From assembly GCF_009834535.1 (NCBI RefSeq), contig NC_045697.1, positions 12,898,001 through 12,962,000 on the forward strand: a stretch of 64,000 nt of DNA, read 5' to 3'. The notes beneath the pieces were generated by a model, which saw only the letters and a program-made list of their open reading frames with translations, was not told the origin of the DNA and did no database searches. How positions within the stretch are numbered: the stretch's first letter is position 1; the number at the start of each line of letters is the position of its first letter. Shown here in pieces: positions 1-12,749 of this stretch. A program made the position numbers and the translations under genes. The DNA comes from Camelus ferus. Lineage: Eukaryota.

Positions 1-720
1 AAGAGTTGAATGCTTGATCTGTTAGGTTCAAGAGAGAATGCGAGAAGATCACTTGGGGACATAATGTACAGATACCTGGTTTGAGGAGATTTTTTCTATA
101 AAGGATAATGGAAGCTAGGTGGGGTTATGAGGTCAAAGGAGAATTTCCTGTTGGTTTTTAACTTGAGAATAATTGCAGGATATTTATGTGCTAATGAACA
201 GAATCCAATAAAAAGTAAAAGGTGATGATTTTCAAATGCGCAAACAACCACTACCTTAGTCGATGAGAAAGGAAGAATTCTAGAACACCACAGTTGGGAC
301 TGGCTTTCGGTGCATGAAGAGTACATTCCTCATTAAATGGGGTGAAGAAGAACTCTGTGATATAAAAAAGTAGTTTTGTAGTAGATATTTTGGTCAGAGC
401 CTGTCGATTTACCTTCTGAATTTTTTTTTTTTTTCATTTTATCAGTGAGGTAGATCCTGAGCCATAAGCTGAGAATAAGGTGTTGAATGTTCGAGGAGAG
501 AGAACTTGTGAAATAGTAATCTAGGAATAGAGAAGGGAATAAATCTGTGCTAGGACTTTTGGGCATAATGGCCTGTGTAAAGTTAAAGTGGAGGCATTTA
601 AAGTGTATGCCTAGCATGGTTTTATCTAACTGAATTTATTTGAACAAGTATAGGTGGGACATACATAGTGAGCTGGAATTTTGCGAGGTAAATACAACAC
701 AGTGAGAGATGGGCAAGGAA
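1..720 (-). mobile_element. Highly degraded L2-like LINE remnant
   Basis: Purine-rich degenerate sequence resembling antisense L2; no intact motif. Confidence 0.35.
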
Positions 721-2019
721 GTTTATGGTATAAACAAGAACGTCATTAAAATCTTAGCCCTTATTTGAAGGCAAATCCATAAATGCTTTGTTGTATGCCC
801 CCTCAATCTGACCTTGACCAATGAAAGCTTCTAACACAAATGGCACTGGCATTGTTATTGCTATGGATGAATATGCATTAAAATATGTCTGCATTTCTCA
901 CTGATAGTCTAACTACGGAAATAGTCATGTTGACTCCTGTTATAACTAACCAGAGGGCATCCAGTGATACCTAATGTAAAGTAGACAGCTTCCCAATAAG
1001 GTTAAGGGAATTGAAGTCAGAGAGAAGTGCCTTGCCCCAGGCTCCAGACGGTGGCTGAGCTGGGATGAGACCTGTTGCATCCTTTTCTACGAGCCTTCTC
1101 TGCCCTCTAAAACACGCTGCATCAGCCTGTGCCTCGGGTCACAATTTAATTCCATGTTTTAGTTTTTGGTCAGGTTTGGAATGACTGTTATCTGACTTGC
1201 AATTTCCTTTGTCCTCATTAGTGAAAAGGTCAAAATGTTTGACTATAACCAAAACCCACCTCTAGTAAACGGCAGGCCTTCTTTGTCACTTTCCTCAGTC
1301 TCAAAGCTGTAGGACAGAAAACTGTAAAAGCCTCTCGTATGCAATACAAATTAGATATGGCATTAGAGGACTGAGAAAGTTTTGGAAACTAAATCTCAAA
1401 GGGTCATTAAATAACTTACTTTTAGGTCAGTGTTCATTTTCTCATAAAATGTGGATCACCCAAGGAAATAAAAATTACAAAAAAATCTTTTATCAAAACG
1501 CTAGTGGAAATTTAATTTTAAAAGGAAGAGCTTGCTCTGTTTTCCACCATGGAGGCTAAGCTCTGGAGAATTGCTGTGTTGAATCTGTGCTGTGTTCCTC
1601 ATATAGGCAGTGCCTTCTAACAGAGAACACAAACGGAAGCATTTGTCTGCACTTTGCTTATTAAACCACTTAGAAGTAAGTTATTTTGATTTGGAACTAC
1701 TGAGGTTCAGTTATAAAAACTCGGAAAGCATGCTGTTTGGTAATGTGCTGACATTTGTTTACTGTGCTAATGTCTGAACTTTCTCATTCACGCTCACATG
1801 ACATTCTGAGAGTGTTGTAAATGACGGCATTTTAAATGCATCATCATCCAACTTCATACCTGCCGTGCAACTGCATGTTCTGTAAGCATCTGAAGTGAAA
1901 CAATTTAATATTGATCTTATTTTTTTCCCAACAAACAACGCCCTCTCTGGGCTTTCCTGTAATCTACTAGAAAGTCCAAGCAAGAAACCTGGAGTTTATC
2001 CTCGGCCCCATGACCCAAT

Positions 2020-2205
2020 GGGTAAGAATTCAGGCCCTGGAGCCAGACGTGCATTCACATCTTGACTCTGCATCTTATTAAGGCTGTTTTACCATGCTAT
2101 TTCTTCCCGAAGTACTATGTTGCTTATCTTTAAAAATAATAAGATAACAACGGCTAACTCACAGGGTTATTTTGGAGATTAAATAAGGTAATACACTTAA
2201 CAAAG
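2020..2205 (+). mobile_element. MIR SINE
   Basis: GGCCCTGGAGCCAGAC ... CTCACAGGGTTATTTTGGAGATTAAATAAGGTAATACA matches the MIR 5' part and core. Confidence 0.7.
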
Positions 2206-2224
2206 TGTAAGAGTACACTTTGTG

Positions 2225-2690
2225 TACATATTTACTGAATGTGTACATTTACTGAACTCCTACTGTCCAGCTTTGTGTGGATATACCAGTGAGCAAAATA
2301 TGTAAGATTAATCCTACAACAGACTAGACATTTTAGTTGGGAAAATATATTAAATCAACAAAGCAATACACAAGCATGATTATGTCAAGTAACAAATGCC
2401 ATAACAGAAATAAAAGTGGATTATATGACAAAGATTCGGGAATCAGATTGACAGAAAGAGAAAGATCTTTGCAGGCAGGTGAAAATAAAAACCCAGCAAC
2501 GTAGGGATCCGGAGGCAGAGGCTTTAGTCCAAGAGAAGGGAATAATTATTGAAAAAGTACTAGAGTAGGGTAGTGTCCTTGAGACATGTTCAACAACATA
2601 AAATAAGCCTCAGAGAGGAATGAATAAGAAGCAGAAGAGTGCAGATGACATCAAGCAGGCTGGCAGAAAACAGACCATACAGCATTTGAA
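2225..2690 (-). mobile_element. L2 3' end remnant
   Basis: ATTTACTGAACTCCTACTGTCCAG...GGATATACCAGTGAGCAAAA is typical of an antisense L2 terminus. Confidence 0.55.
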
Positions 2691-2699
2691 TACTTTAAA

Positions 2700-5553
2700 A
2701 TTGATGACAATGAAAAACAATCAAGATTTGTGGGTTGAAGGTAAAGCCGTTCTTAGGGCAAATTCATACTTAAAGTGCTTATATTTATAAAAGAAGGAAG
2801 ATATAAAATTAAAGGCATAAATTTTCACCTTAAAAAGCTGCAGGAAGAAGAGCAAATTGACCCAAATTAAGTAGAAGAAAAACAATAATAAAGAGCAGAA
2901 ATCAAAGAAATAAAAAAGCAGGCAGACAGTGGAGAAAATTAAAGCCAATACACAGTCATTTTAAAGGATCAAACAAATTAATTAATCTCCAGTTAGACTG
3001 ATTAAGCGATGCAGAGAGAGAGAGCGATAGCAGGGATATGCAGGAGAAATACATCACAAATATCAGGAATGAAAAAGAAATTTTCATCTCAGGTCCTAGA
3101 CATTAAGATAGCAAGAGAATTCAATTAACAAATTGATGAAAACAACTTTGACAACTTGGATAATACATAAAAATTTATTGGAAAATACAAAATAGCTATA
3201 CCCTCCCCTTGAAAAATCTGAATACCTCTATACCTATTCAATAAATCAGATTTGTTGTCTATACAAGCCTCAAAAGTAAATATTCAGGCCCAGATGCTTA
3301 ACTGGTGAAATGTATCAAACATTCAATGAAGAAATAATATCAACTTTTCACATACATTTTCTGAATGTAGGAAAGCAGTACCCAAATCATTTTATGAGGT
3401 CAATGATAACCCTAATACATGAAAAAATATTGCAAAAAAATTAAATATCCCTCATGAAGATAGATATTAACTTCTTAGAAACATATCAGCAAATCAAGTC
3501 TGATAATAAGAAAGATGACACATCATGAGGAGGTAGGGTTTATCCCAGGTATATGAGATTGGTTTATCCTTTGAAAATCAATCGGTATAATTCATCACAT
3601 TAGCAACAACAAAAAAATCAAAACTTAAAAAAGAAATAATTAAATTGTGAAAATGAAATATGATTCTTTCAATTGTTGCAGAAAAACATTTGACAAAACT
3701 GAATATTCATTTGAGATAAAAACTATCATGAAATTAGGAATAATATGAAATTTTCTCAAAGACAAGGGACATCAATTAAAATTCCACAACCAACATAATG
3801 CTCACTAATGGAAAACTTAAATGCTTCCCCTTGAGATAGGGAACGAGATAGGAATGTCTACTATTGCCATGACTGTTCAATGTTGTGCTGGAGTTGCTAG
3901 GCATAGCAACAAGGCAAGACAAATAATAGAAATTACAAGGATTGGAAAAGAAGCTAAGCTCTCCTTATTTGTAGAGAATTGCAGAAAATCCCAAGGAACT
4001 TACAAATAAGACTTATTAAGACTACAAAATAAATTTAGCAAGGTTTCAGATATGAGGTTAATATAGAATATAAAGCAGATTTGTATATACTAGAAGCAAA
4101 CAATTGGTATTAAAAATTAAATTCCTTTTACAGTGGCACCAAAACCAAAAAAATACTTAGTAATTTATTTAATGAAACATAGCGAAACAACAAAACATTA
4201 ATGAAATGAAAGAAAAGCTATATAAGTATAGAGATATATGTTAATCATGAGTTGGAATGCTCATTAGTGTTAAGATGTCAAATTTTAAAATTATTCTAGG
4301 ATTCAACATAGTTACAGTCAATGTTTCAGCACCCTTTTTAAATAAATTGAGAAGATTTTATACGTTGATTCTAAAATATATAGAGAAATACAAAGTATTT
4401 AAAATAGCCAGGACAAATGAAGGCCTTACCATAACTGAGTTATAAATGAATCATGAACTTCACTGTAAATCTAAAAGAATAAAACATATAAAAGAAAACA
4501 AAGAAGAAAATTTTTGCTTTCCCAACATAGATACAATCCAAAAAGCATGAAGTATACATAATATGAAAAAATAATTAGTTGGATCTATCTAAAATTTAAA
4601 AGTTGCCATTGAAATACTTATTTTAAAAGATAAAAATAAAAACAACATACTGGTAGAAAATATTTACAACCCATATATAAGACCAAAGTCTTTTTCCCAG
4701 AATATATAAAGAATGCTTACAACTCAGTAAAAAATTGGGCAAGAGGTTTGGACACTTTACAAAAGAAAGGATTGAAATGACAAATAAGCACATGAAAATA
4801 CACTCAATAGCATTAATTATCAGAGAAATAAAAATTAAATCACAATGAGATACCACTACATACCCACTTCATTTTAGATTTGCTAAAATGAAAGAGACTG
4901 AGACTACAAAGAATTAGCAAGGATGTGGAGCTACTGGGACTTTACATACTGCTGGTAGGAATATAAAATGGTACAACTACTTAGCAAAATAATTTGGCTG
5001 TTTCTTAAAACATTAAATGTACACCTACCTTGTGACTTAGGAGTTCTCCCCCTAGTCATTTACAATGAGAAAGGAAAACTCAAAAATATGTACAAATAAT
5101 GACTTCTATATGAATATTACTAGTAGCTTAATTTGTAAAGGTCCCAAACTGGAAACAACTCAAATGTCCAAGAGTAGGTGAATGGATACTTGAACTTTAA
5201 AAGGAATAAAGTATTGATACCCAGGAGATGAATCTCAAAATCATCATTCTGAGTGAGAAAAGCAAGGGAAGAGTTTACACTCTATGGTTCCATGGATATA
5301 TATTTTTAGACAGAATAAACTAATTTATATTGTCATAAAGCAGGTCAATTGTTTCTTGGAGAAGGGGTTGGAATAAAGAATGTATTGTTTATGGACACAG
5401 GGAAAGTTTTGGTGATGATAGAAATATTCATTATCTTGATTCTATGGTTGATTTCATATGCATATAAAAATGTCAAAGCCATTTAAATTATACTATTCAA
5501 ATACATGCTATTTACTTCAATAATATCCCAATAATGTCATGAAATTAAAAAAA
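2700..5553 (+). mobile_element. Old L1 (L1M/L1ME-like), degraded ORF2 plus 3' UTR
   Basis: ORF2 remnants near 2720 (LW..KAVLRxKF-like), CAGGCCCAGATG..ACTGGTGAA at about 3285, RT-region remnants 3700-3960, CACAATGAGATACCACTACATACCCAC at 4841, and a 3' UTR ending in an A-run at about 5553. Many stops and frameshifts; internal deletion near 4440. Confidence 0.9.
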
Positions 5554-6319
5554 GTGACAGTAACAAATATTCAGAGAAATAGGATCATCATTTATTCTCA
5601 GCTGCTGAGAATTTAAACAGACACACTTTGAAAGTAACCTGACATAGTCTGATAAAATTGGAAATAACCATATCCAAACTCATATATTTCAATTCTGCAA
5701 AGGAAAACTTTCTCACATTTGTATAGAAATATTTAGAAAGATTCTCACTGCAGCATTATTTATAATAGATAAGGTGTTTAATAAAATATTCATCAGTAGG
5801 TGGATGATTGAATAAAATATGGTACAGTCAGATAGGACACTATATGATGATTTTAACACAAATAAACTAGATCTTTAAATGGAAATATGGGTAGATGTAC
5901 AAAATATCATAATTGAGTAAAAAACATAATAAAGAATTATATATACAATATGACATGATTCAAGGAAATTTAACATATATCAAAACTATATTTTATGTAT
6001 ATGCACCTAAATATTTTGTGTACATCTACATGTACATTTACAATTAATATATAGTATTGCTAGTATATAAAAATGAACCAAACTCATTCTGTATTTTTTC
6101 TTGAAGGTCCAGATAGTATACAGGGAACTGAAATTGGAGGGATCTCACAATAGAAGGACATTTCACCCTTATCTTTAATGCATCATTTCCTGAAAACTCT
6201 TAAACAAATATATTAATAGACATTAATTCTAGGTGTTTGAGATATGAGCATTTGTTACATTATTCCTGATCATTTTAAAAGCTTCCCACACAGAGGCAAT
6301 ACCTTATATATGTTTATGT

Positions 6320-6355
<36 letters not shown>

Positions 6356-6560
6356 GTCTAAAATAGATCTAAAACTGTACAAACAAAAATCATAATAGAT
6401 GTTACTTTAGAAGAAGAGAATGAGATTTAGGATGGACAATTTGTGGTGATGGGTGGGGGTCAAGTAGTTAACAGGGTCTTTGCCTTTATCTAAGTTCAAA
6501 TTTTGACAATGAGAACATATTTGTATCTTATTGAGTGTCCAAAATAAGTACTTCATGAAC
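5554..6560 (+). mobile_element. Second, older L1 3' fragment (L1ME-like)
   Basis: Degenerate ORF2 C-terminus/3' UTR motifs (GATTCTCACTGCAGCATTATTTATAATAG, AAAATATGGTACAGTCA). Confidence 0.65.
6317..6351. repeat. (TG)n microsatellite
   Basis: Read directly. Confidence 0.95.
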
Positions 6561-6909
6561 TTAAATTAATGATAAAATGGCAGTGCATTGAACTAAGTTC
6601 TTTGGTACAGGCAAGCATATGTTACTTTCAGAATACTGAGAGAGGATGGTTATGGATGTGGAGAATGGTTTCCCAAAAGCAGTTTTTTCATGAGTAGGTG
6701 ACTCCTGAATAAAATCTAGAATTTAACCTAGATGTTTAATCAGGAGTCCATTGGTTCGTATTGGAAAAATATAAAGGCTTAGTTTCACTAGCATCTAACT
6801 AAAATTCAGCCTTTCTATTAACTACGAATCGTAGCAACAGGTCTCATTGATATTGACAGACCTGTGGCTTGGGGGCCAATAAAAGCCATAGCATTTTCTT
6901 CTAGTTACT

Positions 6910-7197
6910 ACAGTTATTATTGATATATTAAAATATTATTGAACTTATTACTAATTGAAAATTATGGAAGTAATGAGATTTCATGCACTATCTTATTATT
7001 TAATGTGTTAATAAGAAGGATACACATACATTTTTGTTTCAAATTTGTTATTTTTAAAAGTTTCGATAACTGGCTTCATTTGTGATCCTATGTATGTTTA
7101 TTATGGGTTTAAACACATTAGTCTGGGGTGGGGTAAATAAGCTTCACGAGTCTGCTAAAGGAGTCTGTAACATACACAAAGATGTTAAGAACCTCTG
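6910..7197. mobile_element. hAT-Charlie DNA transposon remnant
   Basis: Ends CTGCTAAAGGAGTCTGTAACA...GTTAAGAACCTCTG, resembling a Charlie terminal inverted repeat. Confidence 0.55.
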
Positions 7198-8869
7198 TGC
7201 AGAAGGATGAGTCAAGCAAGGATTGGTGGTGGGCAGGGTGCACTGGGGGGGAGGAGCAGAGCGGGCCAAGGAAACTGGATGTGGAGCGTAAGACCATGAG
7301 GAAATACGGCACCATTGGGCTCAGCTCATAAGTAACTTTCTACGTTGCAAATACAATTTTCCTTCCATAGTTACCCTTCGGGAGGATAGTTCTATTCTTA
7401 TCAATCTAATCAGCAGATGTTTTGGTTCAGGAAGTGAATAACTTTGAAGCACGAAAGCATATCATGAAAAAAAATGCTTCCCAGGTTTTACAGTTCATGT
7501 CACTTTACACGAGAAAGTTGTTATCTTCAAAGTTCCAACTATGAGTTCATAGTTTATAAATAATTACTTGTCACAAGACATATTGTTGGAAAAGAATCCT
7601 CTGATACGTCCATGACCAATCTTGGCCTGATTAGCAAATCTGGACATCTCCATGACTACCAACATCCAAGTGAAAACAAAAAATCCAGACATTGTACATT
7701 TTGTCTGGATCAGTAGAATTATTGTATTCAAATAAATTTGTACTTGGATTATAATTTTGATTAAAAATAAAAATAAAACTGCTCTGCTTGGTGAGCTAAT
7801 GGAAGGACAGGGACTCTGCCCACTGTTTTGTCCACCTTGTCCATCACAGCGGCCCAGGAGGCTGCTTTACCGAAACTAAAGCTCCACATACATCAACATC
7901 TAGATATTCAGAGGCATCTGTATTTCTCCCTGGAATGTCTCCTCAGTTCTGTGCCTTTAAAATAGTAACATCATCATAATGTATTTCATATTTGTCTGTA
8001 TATCTAAAATGTTCAATGTTGGCATTGTGATTTCCATCTCATCCAAATAGCATAGGGACACTATTCAGAAGAGGAGGAAGGTAAAAAATCCTTTGTTCCC
8101 TCTCCTACTGTTCACTTTACCTTCTGGGTCATTGCCTTTGAAAAAGTTCTAAGAGATCTTTGGTAAGCACATCTTCAGTTTTATTTCAATAATGTTTTAC
8201 TCAGTTTATTAGCATGCTCTCGGCCACAGCACAGGTTTTTCTTAACTTTAATATGTTCAAGTCTAGAACGATCATTCCTTTATACATTAGAGACTGACAG
8301 CAGCAAACTGGGCTTCATATACTGAATTCCAACCTTGCTATTACAAATCACAAATAAAAAATTAAAAATATTCCACGGTGGCATTAGTTATCAGTCAACA
8401 GTTCTACTTGGGCAACTTCACAAATATGTATTTAATTACATAACTTTGATACTAAATTTTATTGTATTTTGCTTTGTTACTTTATAAAAAAAATAATCGG
8501 GGAGGAAAACAAAGAAGTCCTATTGTGTTAAAATTAAATACAGTTAAAGATAATTTGTAGCTATGTCCAAAGTACCACTCTCATTGTTCTGGATTGGCTG
8601 GATACTTACTGGAGATAAGTCTGTTCATATTGGTTCAATAATAATAGAAGGAACACTTTAATAAAATAATAGAAATAAATTTTATTATTAAAGATATTTA
8701 ATTAGGAATGCAAAACTTTTCCTTATCTCCCACCCCATAGCATATCTGTCACTCAGCTTTGACAAATTCTGCTTTTTCACAAGTTTTAGAGATAGCAAAG
8801 TGGGTTGACTTCTTTTGTAATTTCTTGCTTCGGAAGTCTGCATACAACAGTGGTCCTGCTCTCTGATAG

Positions 8870-8990
8870 CACTTTAAGCTCTGTAACTCTGAGCAAATCA
8901 CATAAACCTTCTGAACCTGTTTCCTCATTCATGAAATGACAAGAGTTTGACTAGCTGATCTTTATAAAGTCCCTTCCAGAGCCATTGTTA
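8870..8990 (+). mobile_element. MIR/MIR3 core fragment
   Basis: CTGTAACTCTGAGCAAATCACATAAACCTTCTGAACCTGTTTCCTCATTCATGAAATG...GTCCCTTCCAG. Confidence 0.75.
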
Positions 8991-9814
8991 TAAGACAATA
9001 TTTGCTGGATTGAGGAAAGATAACAGTCCTGGCTCCCAGCCATTACATAAGCCTGGAATTAACCTGCACCTCCAGCCAGCTGCCTGTGATGTCTCATGCA
9101 CCATATTTTACTGTATTGATTGGATAATAACCTTTTCAAAACAAGGCATTGAGTGGGTTGCTCTTTTATATCACAAGTTGTCTTTACTTTGATGCTTTCA
9201 AATCCATGTATTCGCTTTAGATAAAGTATAAACTTATTTCATTATAGCTGAAGAATTCTGACATTAAAGTAAAAGGATGCCAGAATAAAACCAATGGGCA
9301 TCCACTTTCCTTCAATACATTGCTTCAAAATTAAATGTCAGCTGATAATTTAGTCTCAGATCTGTTCATGACTTTACCATAACTGAAAGTAGCTTCAGAT
9401 GATTTCTTTCTTCCAGCTAGGAAATTGATCTCATACATTACATCTAAATAGTTTAAATCTGTGCACTATTAGTAAACTGGCCAAGGAAGTCTCCAGTCTG
9501 TATAATATTAATTCAGAAAAGCTTGAGATTTGTTAGCTCAATAATGAGGTAATAGTTTGTCTAATTTAATCTCGACACAGTGATATGTGACACTTCAATA
9601 ATAGCCTATGTGACCTTAAAGGTTAATGATGGCATAGCTCATCTGAAGTGACAGCCTACTCTAAGTTCTCCTACAGTCGATCTTAATTCTTTTTTTTTTT
9701 TTTTTTAATTAGGTTACTGGTGTAGTAATGAAGCTTTAGTGGCTGTTATCTGGAATTGCAGACTTGGCCAAATTAGTTCCAGGGGTTGCATGATGAGACA
9801 TTCTGTTGAAGTTC

Positions 9815-9988
9815 ATACTGTATAACACAGGGAACTATATTCAATATCTTGTAGTAATTTGTGAAAAAGAATATGAAAACAAATATATGTACATTCCTAT
9901 ATGACTAAAGCATTGTGCTGTACACCAGAAATTGACACAACATTGTAAACTCACTATGCTTCAATAAAAATATTAAAGAAAAAAGAAA
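9815..9988 (+). mobile_element. Young 5'-truncated L1 3' end (cetartiodactyl/camelid type)
   Basis: ACTGTATAACACAGGGAACTATATTCAATATCTTGTAG...GCTGTACACCAGAAATTGACACAACATTGTAAAC...TTCAATAAAAA followed by an A-rich tail. Confidence 0.85.
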
Positions 9989-10547
9989 GGCAAATGGCAG
10001 TGTCCATTAAGATAGTGGATGCAAGGAGGTAGCAATGTTTCTGTGCAGAGCAAAGGATGCAGGAAGGCCTCAGCTATGCTCCTGTGTGTGGTGCTTTCTC
10101 ATCTAAAAGATGAGTTTTCTCAGGATACTGTGGTATCTTTTATCCTCCTCTCTCACTTGGCGCAACAACCATATATGTGGTTGTTGCCGTGTATAAAACA
10201 CAGTGCTTGGCTACAGGAAGAAAACTGACGTCAACCAGAATGTGATCCAGGCTGTAAGGAGTTTAAAACCCATTCAAGGGAGGACAACAGATAGACAAAT
10301 CAGCGTAACAGAAGGTAACGAGCACCATGCCTTGTGAGAGAACACGTGGTGCTTTCAGATTCACAGGAGGACGGGGTGGGGGGCAGTTCTCCCAACTAGA
10401 GGCTGAGAACGGCTATTTCCTGGGTCACCTTCAGAAGCAGGATAATTCAAAAATGCTCTGATTAAAATATATCTTACTTTCTGCAGCCTCCCCCACCTTC
10501 TGTATCTTCTGTTGACATGAAGGAGAAGGGGGTTGGGCAGGGGAGAA

Positions 10548-10574
10548 AGAGAGGGAGAGAGAGAGAGAGAGAGA
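10548..10574. repeat. (GA)n microsatellite
   Basis: Read directly. Confidence 0.9.
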
Positions 10575-12749
10575 ATGAGATTTGTCATGGGGTTGAGAAA
10601 GGTGGGTTTTGGCCATGAAGAGGTAGAGGGACTCTACCTTCAAAAATATAGCTAAGGCAACGTGAAAAAGGAAATGTAAGTGAATAATCTTGAATGTTGT
10701 GACAAGCGTGTAGACTTCTCTGGCCCATATATACGAGATGTAATATATACAGAGAGAAACTCTTCAGTGTGAGAAGCTTAGAAACACATAAAAGTCAGAT
10801 TAGTTTTATACTTCAGATGCTCTCTTTTTAACCTCTCTTAGTTTAGTTTTTGAAAATTCAGTATGTCTCTTCAATGTCAATAAAGCCAAGGAAAGATTTG
10901 TGTTGGGTCAAGAAACAGTGTCTCTTAAGTCTCCCACTCTGTTTATTTGTCAGGTTTGGGAAAGTCCTGCCCTGGGAGACACAGACCCTCGTTTACTCAT
11001 TGGGATTCCCCTCACACACATCGCTCCCTCCTGTACAGTCCTGCATGATTGAAAGTATTCAACAAGGTGTTGATTCAAGAGAGATGAATTGATTGGACTG
11101 GATTATCCCATATGGCTGCCATGTGACCTTCAAGTCACTGTTGAATGCATTTTTGTAGGAAACTCAATTCGTTTGTATAATGTATCAGCTCCCCCTTGTG
11201 ACTGTCCAGCAGCCGATTTGACAAAGAGGAAATAAAGACATATTTTCTTTACCTATTTCCATTTCCTGAGTAGAGTGTTTAGAAGAGAGTCACTGCTCAG
11301 AGATATTCAAACTCCCATGCAAAGAAAAAGCCGAGACATTGAAATCAGTGAGACGAGGACCCTTTATGCTGTGACTCCAACATGTTCTTGCCCATTTGAT
11401 ACATTCTGTAAAGACCCCTTATAATTCTTAGTGGAGTGAGTGCTCTACCAACCTGCAGACACTAAATGTATAATGCAGCTCAGAGTAAGGCAGGTGAGCT
11501 CAGATAAATATTATCTCAACAATATGATGACATTCCAGACAGTTTCCAGTGCTAATAGCTTCTATAGCCCATTAGTACTATCTCAAGACATTTTCTCTAA
11601 ACATCAAAAATGAAAACAACAGAGAAGCCGTTCAAATCGTCAGCTCTTATGCTGTTTCCCTATCATCTGACTACATCTTTTAAATCATCCATCTCATCTT
11701 ACCGGACCTTAATCCTTTCTATTTTGTTAAATAACTATAGCTAATTTTGCAGTCTGTGAATCGTTTTTGTGTGCCTTTTCTCATGCTTTTTCTTGTTTGC
11801 CTCTCATTTGTAGCCCGGGAGATCCATGCTGTTGCCACTCTCCTTTGGGTCAGGCAAGGGCTGTGGAAGTGGGACTCAGGGAAGTTCATTTTCATCCAGG
11901 AAATGGTGGAACTGAACTTGAGTCCCAGCCTTGAGACCTGATTTTGTGACTCTGGGTTGAGCCTTTTTTGTTCACACAAGTGTTCTCAAAGAGTTTAGAG
12001 CTGTCTACTACCATTCACATGACGGTCAGCCAGACTCTTGTAAACTGCACAATCTGGTACCCATATCAGCCTTATTAAAGCAGACCTCTGGCTTCTGGTA
12101 CTGTCTCTCTAACACTTTAGTTTTCTACACATGTTTCTTCTTTATGCACATTTTCATGTCTTTCACTTTCTTTTAAAATCCTTAAACTAAGTTTAGTGCC
12201 ATTATTAAATATTCATCCATATACCTATGGTATAAATATTTACTGAACTCCTACAAAGCACCACACAGAGCCCCAAGATCCAGCGACAGATGAGTAAGTT
12301 ATAATAGTTGACATCCTAGCTTGCATTGTCACTAGGGAAGTCAGCCATCAGGCTGATCAGTCGTACCATTGGCTTTGGACATGCAGGAGGGATTCAAATT
12401 GAGATGAATGATTCAGTCCTTTTAAACAGACAGTCTCTTAAAAGAGAGAGTAAAGAGAACAAAAGGAAACCACTGGTATTCACAACCCAGTGGGGAGTGC
12501 GAGGAAGACCTCAGGTAGTCCTGGTACAGTGCGTAGGGAGGCTTAAGAGGAAAGAGGACAGGTCCAAAATCCACTTGAAATCATCTCACTGTGCATCCGA
12601 CTACCCAGCCCACCCCTTTCAGCCCCCACTGGTTCCCTTTGAAAGGAACTCCTGGCATAAGCAGGTGAGGGAATTTGTAACAGAGCATGATCAAAAGCAA
12701 ATTGGGTAAGCGAGGGAAAGCAATTACACAGGGAGATCATTAATTGGAC

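Noticed and set aside
2700..5553. Active L1 / reverse transcriptase gene
   Set aside because: Numerous stops, frameshifts and an internal deletion; a fossil only.
7600..7780. Short plus-strand reading frame (MTNLGLISKS...FCLDQ*) followed by AATAAA, and a 9-bp inverted repeat at 7683-7710
   Set aside because: No good upstream acceptor, no homology recognised, and compatible with chance.
8121..11860. Protein-like reading of the candidate minus-strand exons (e.g. MDLPGYK*EANKKKHEK..., SVPSIIIEPI*TDLSP)
   Set aside because: Stop density (about 3 per 50 codons or more) is what random AT-rich DNA gives, and no protein was recognised, so no CDS or pseudogene was called.
12326..12709. 127-aa plus-strand ORF near the CpG island, with donor-like sites at about 12665 and 12706
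   Set aside because: TTG start, no recognisable homology, and it reads towards the island rather than away from it.
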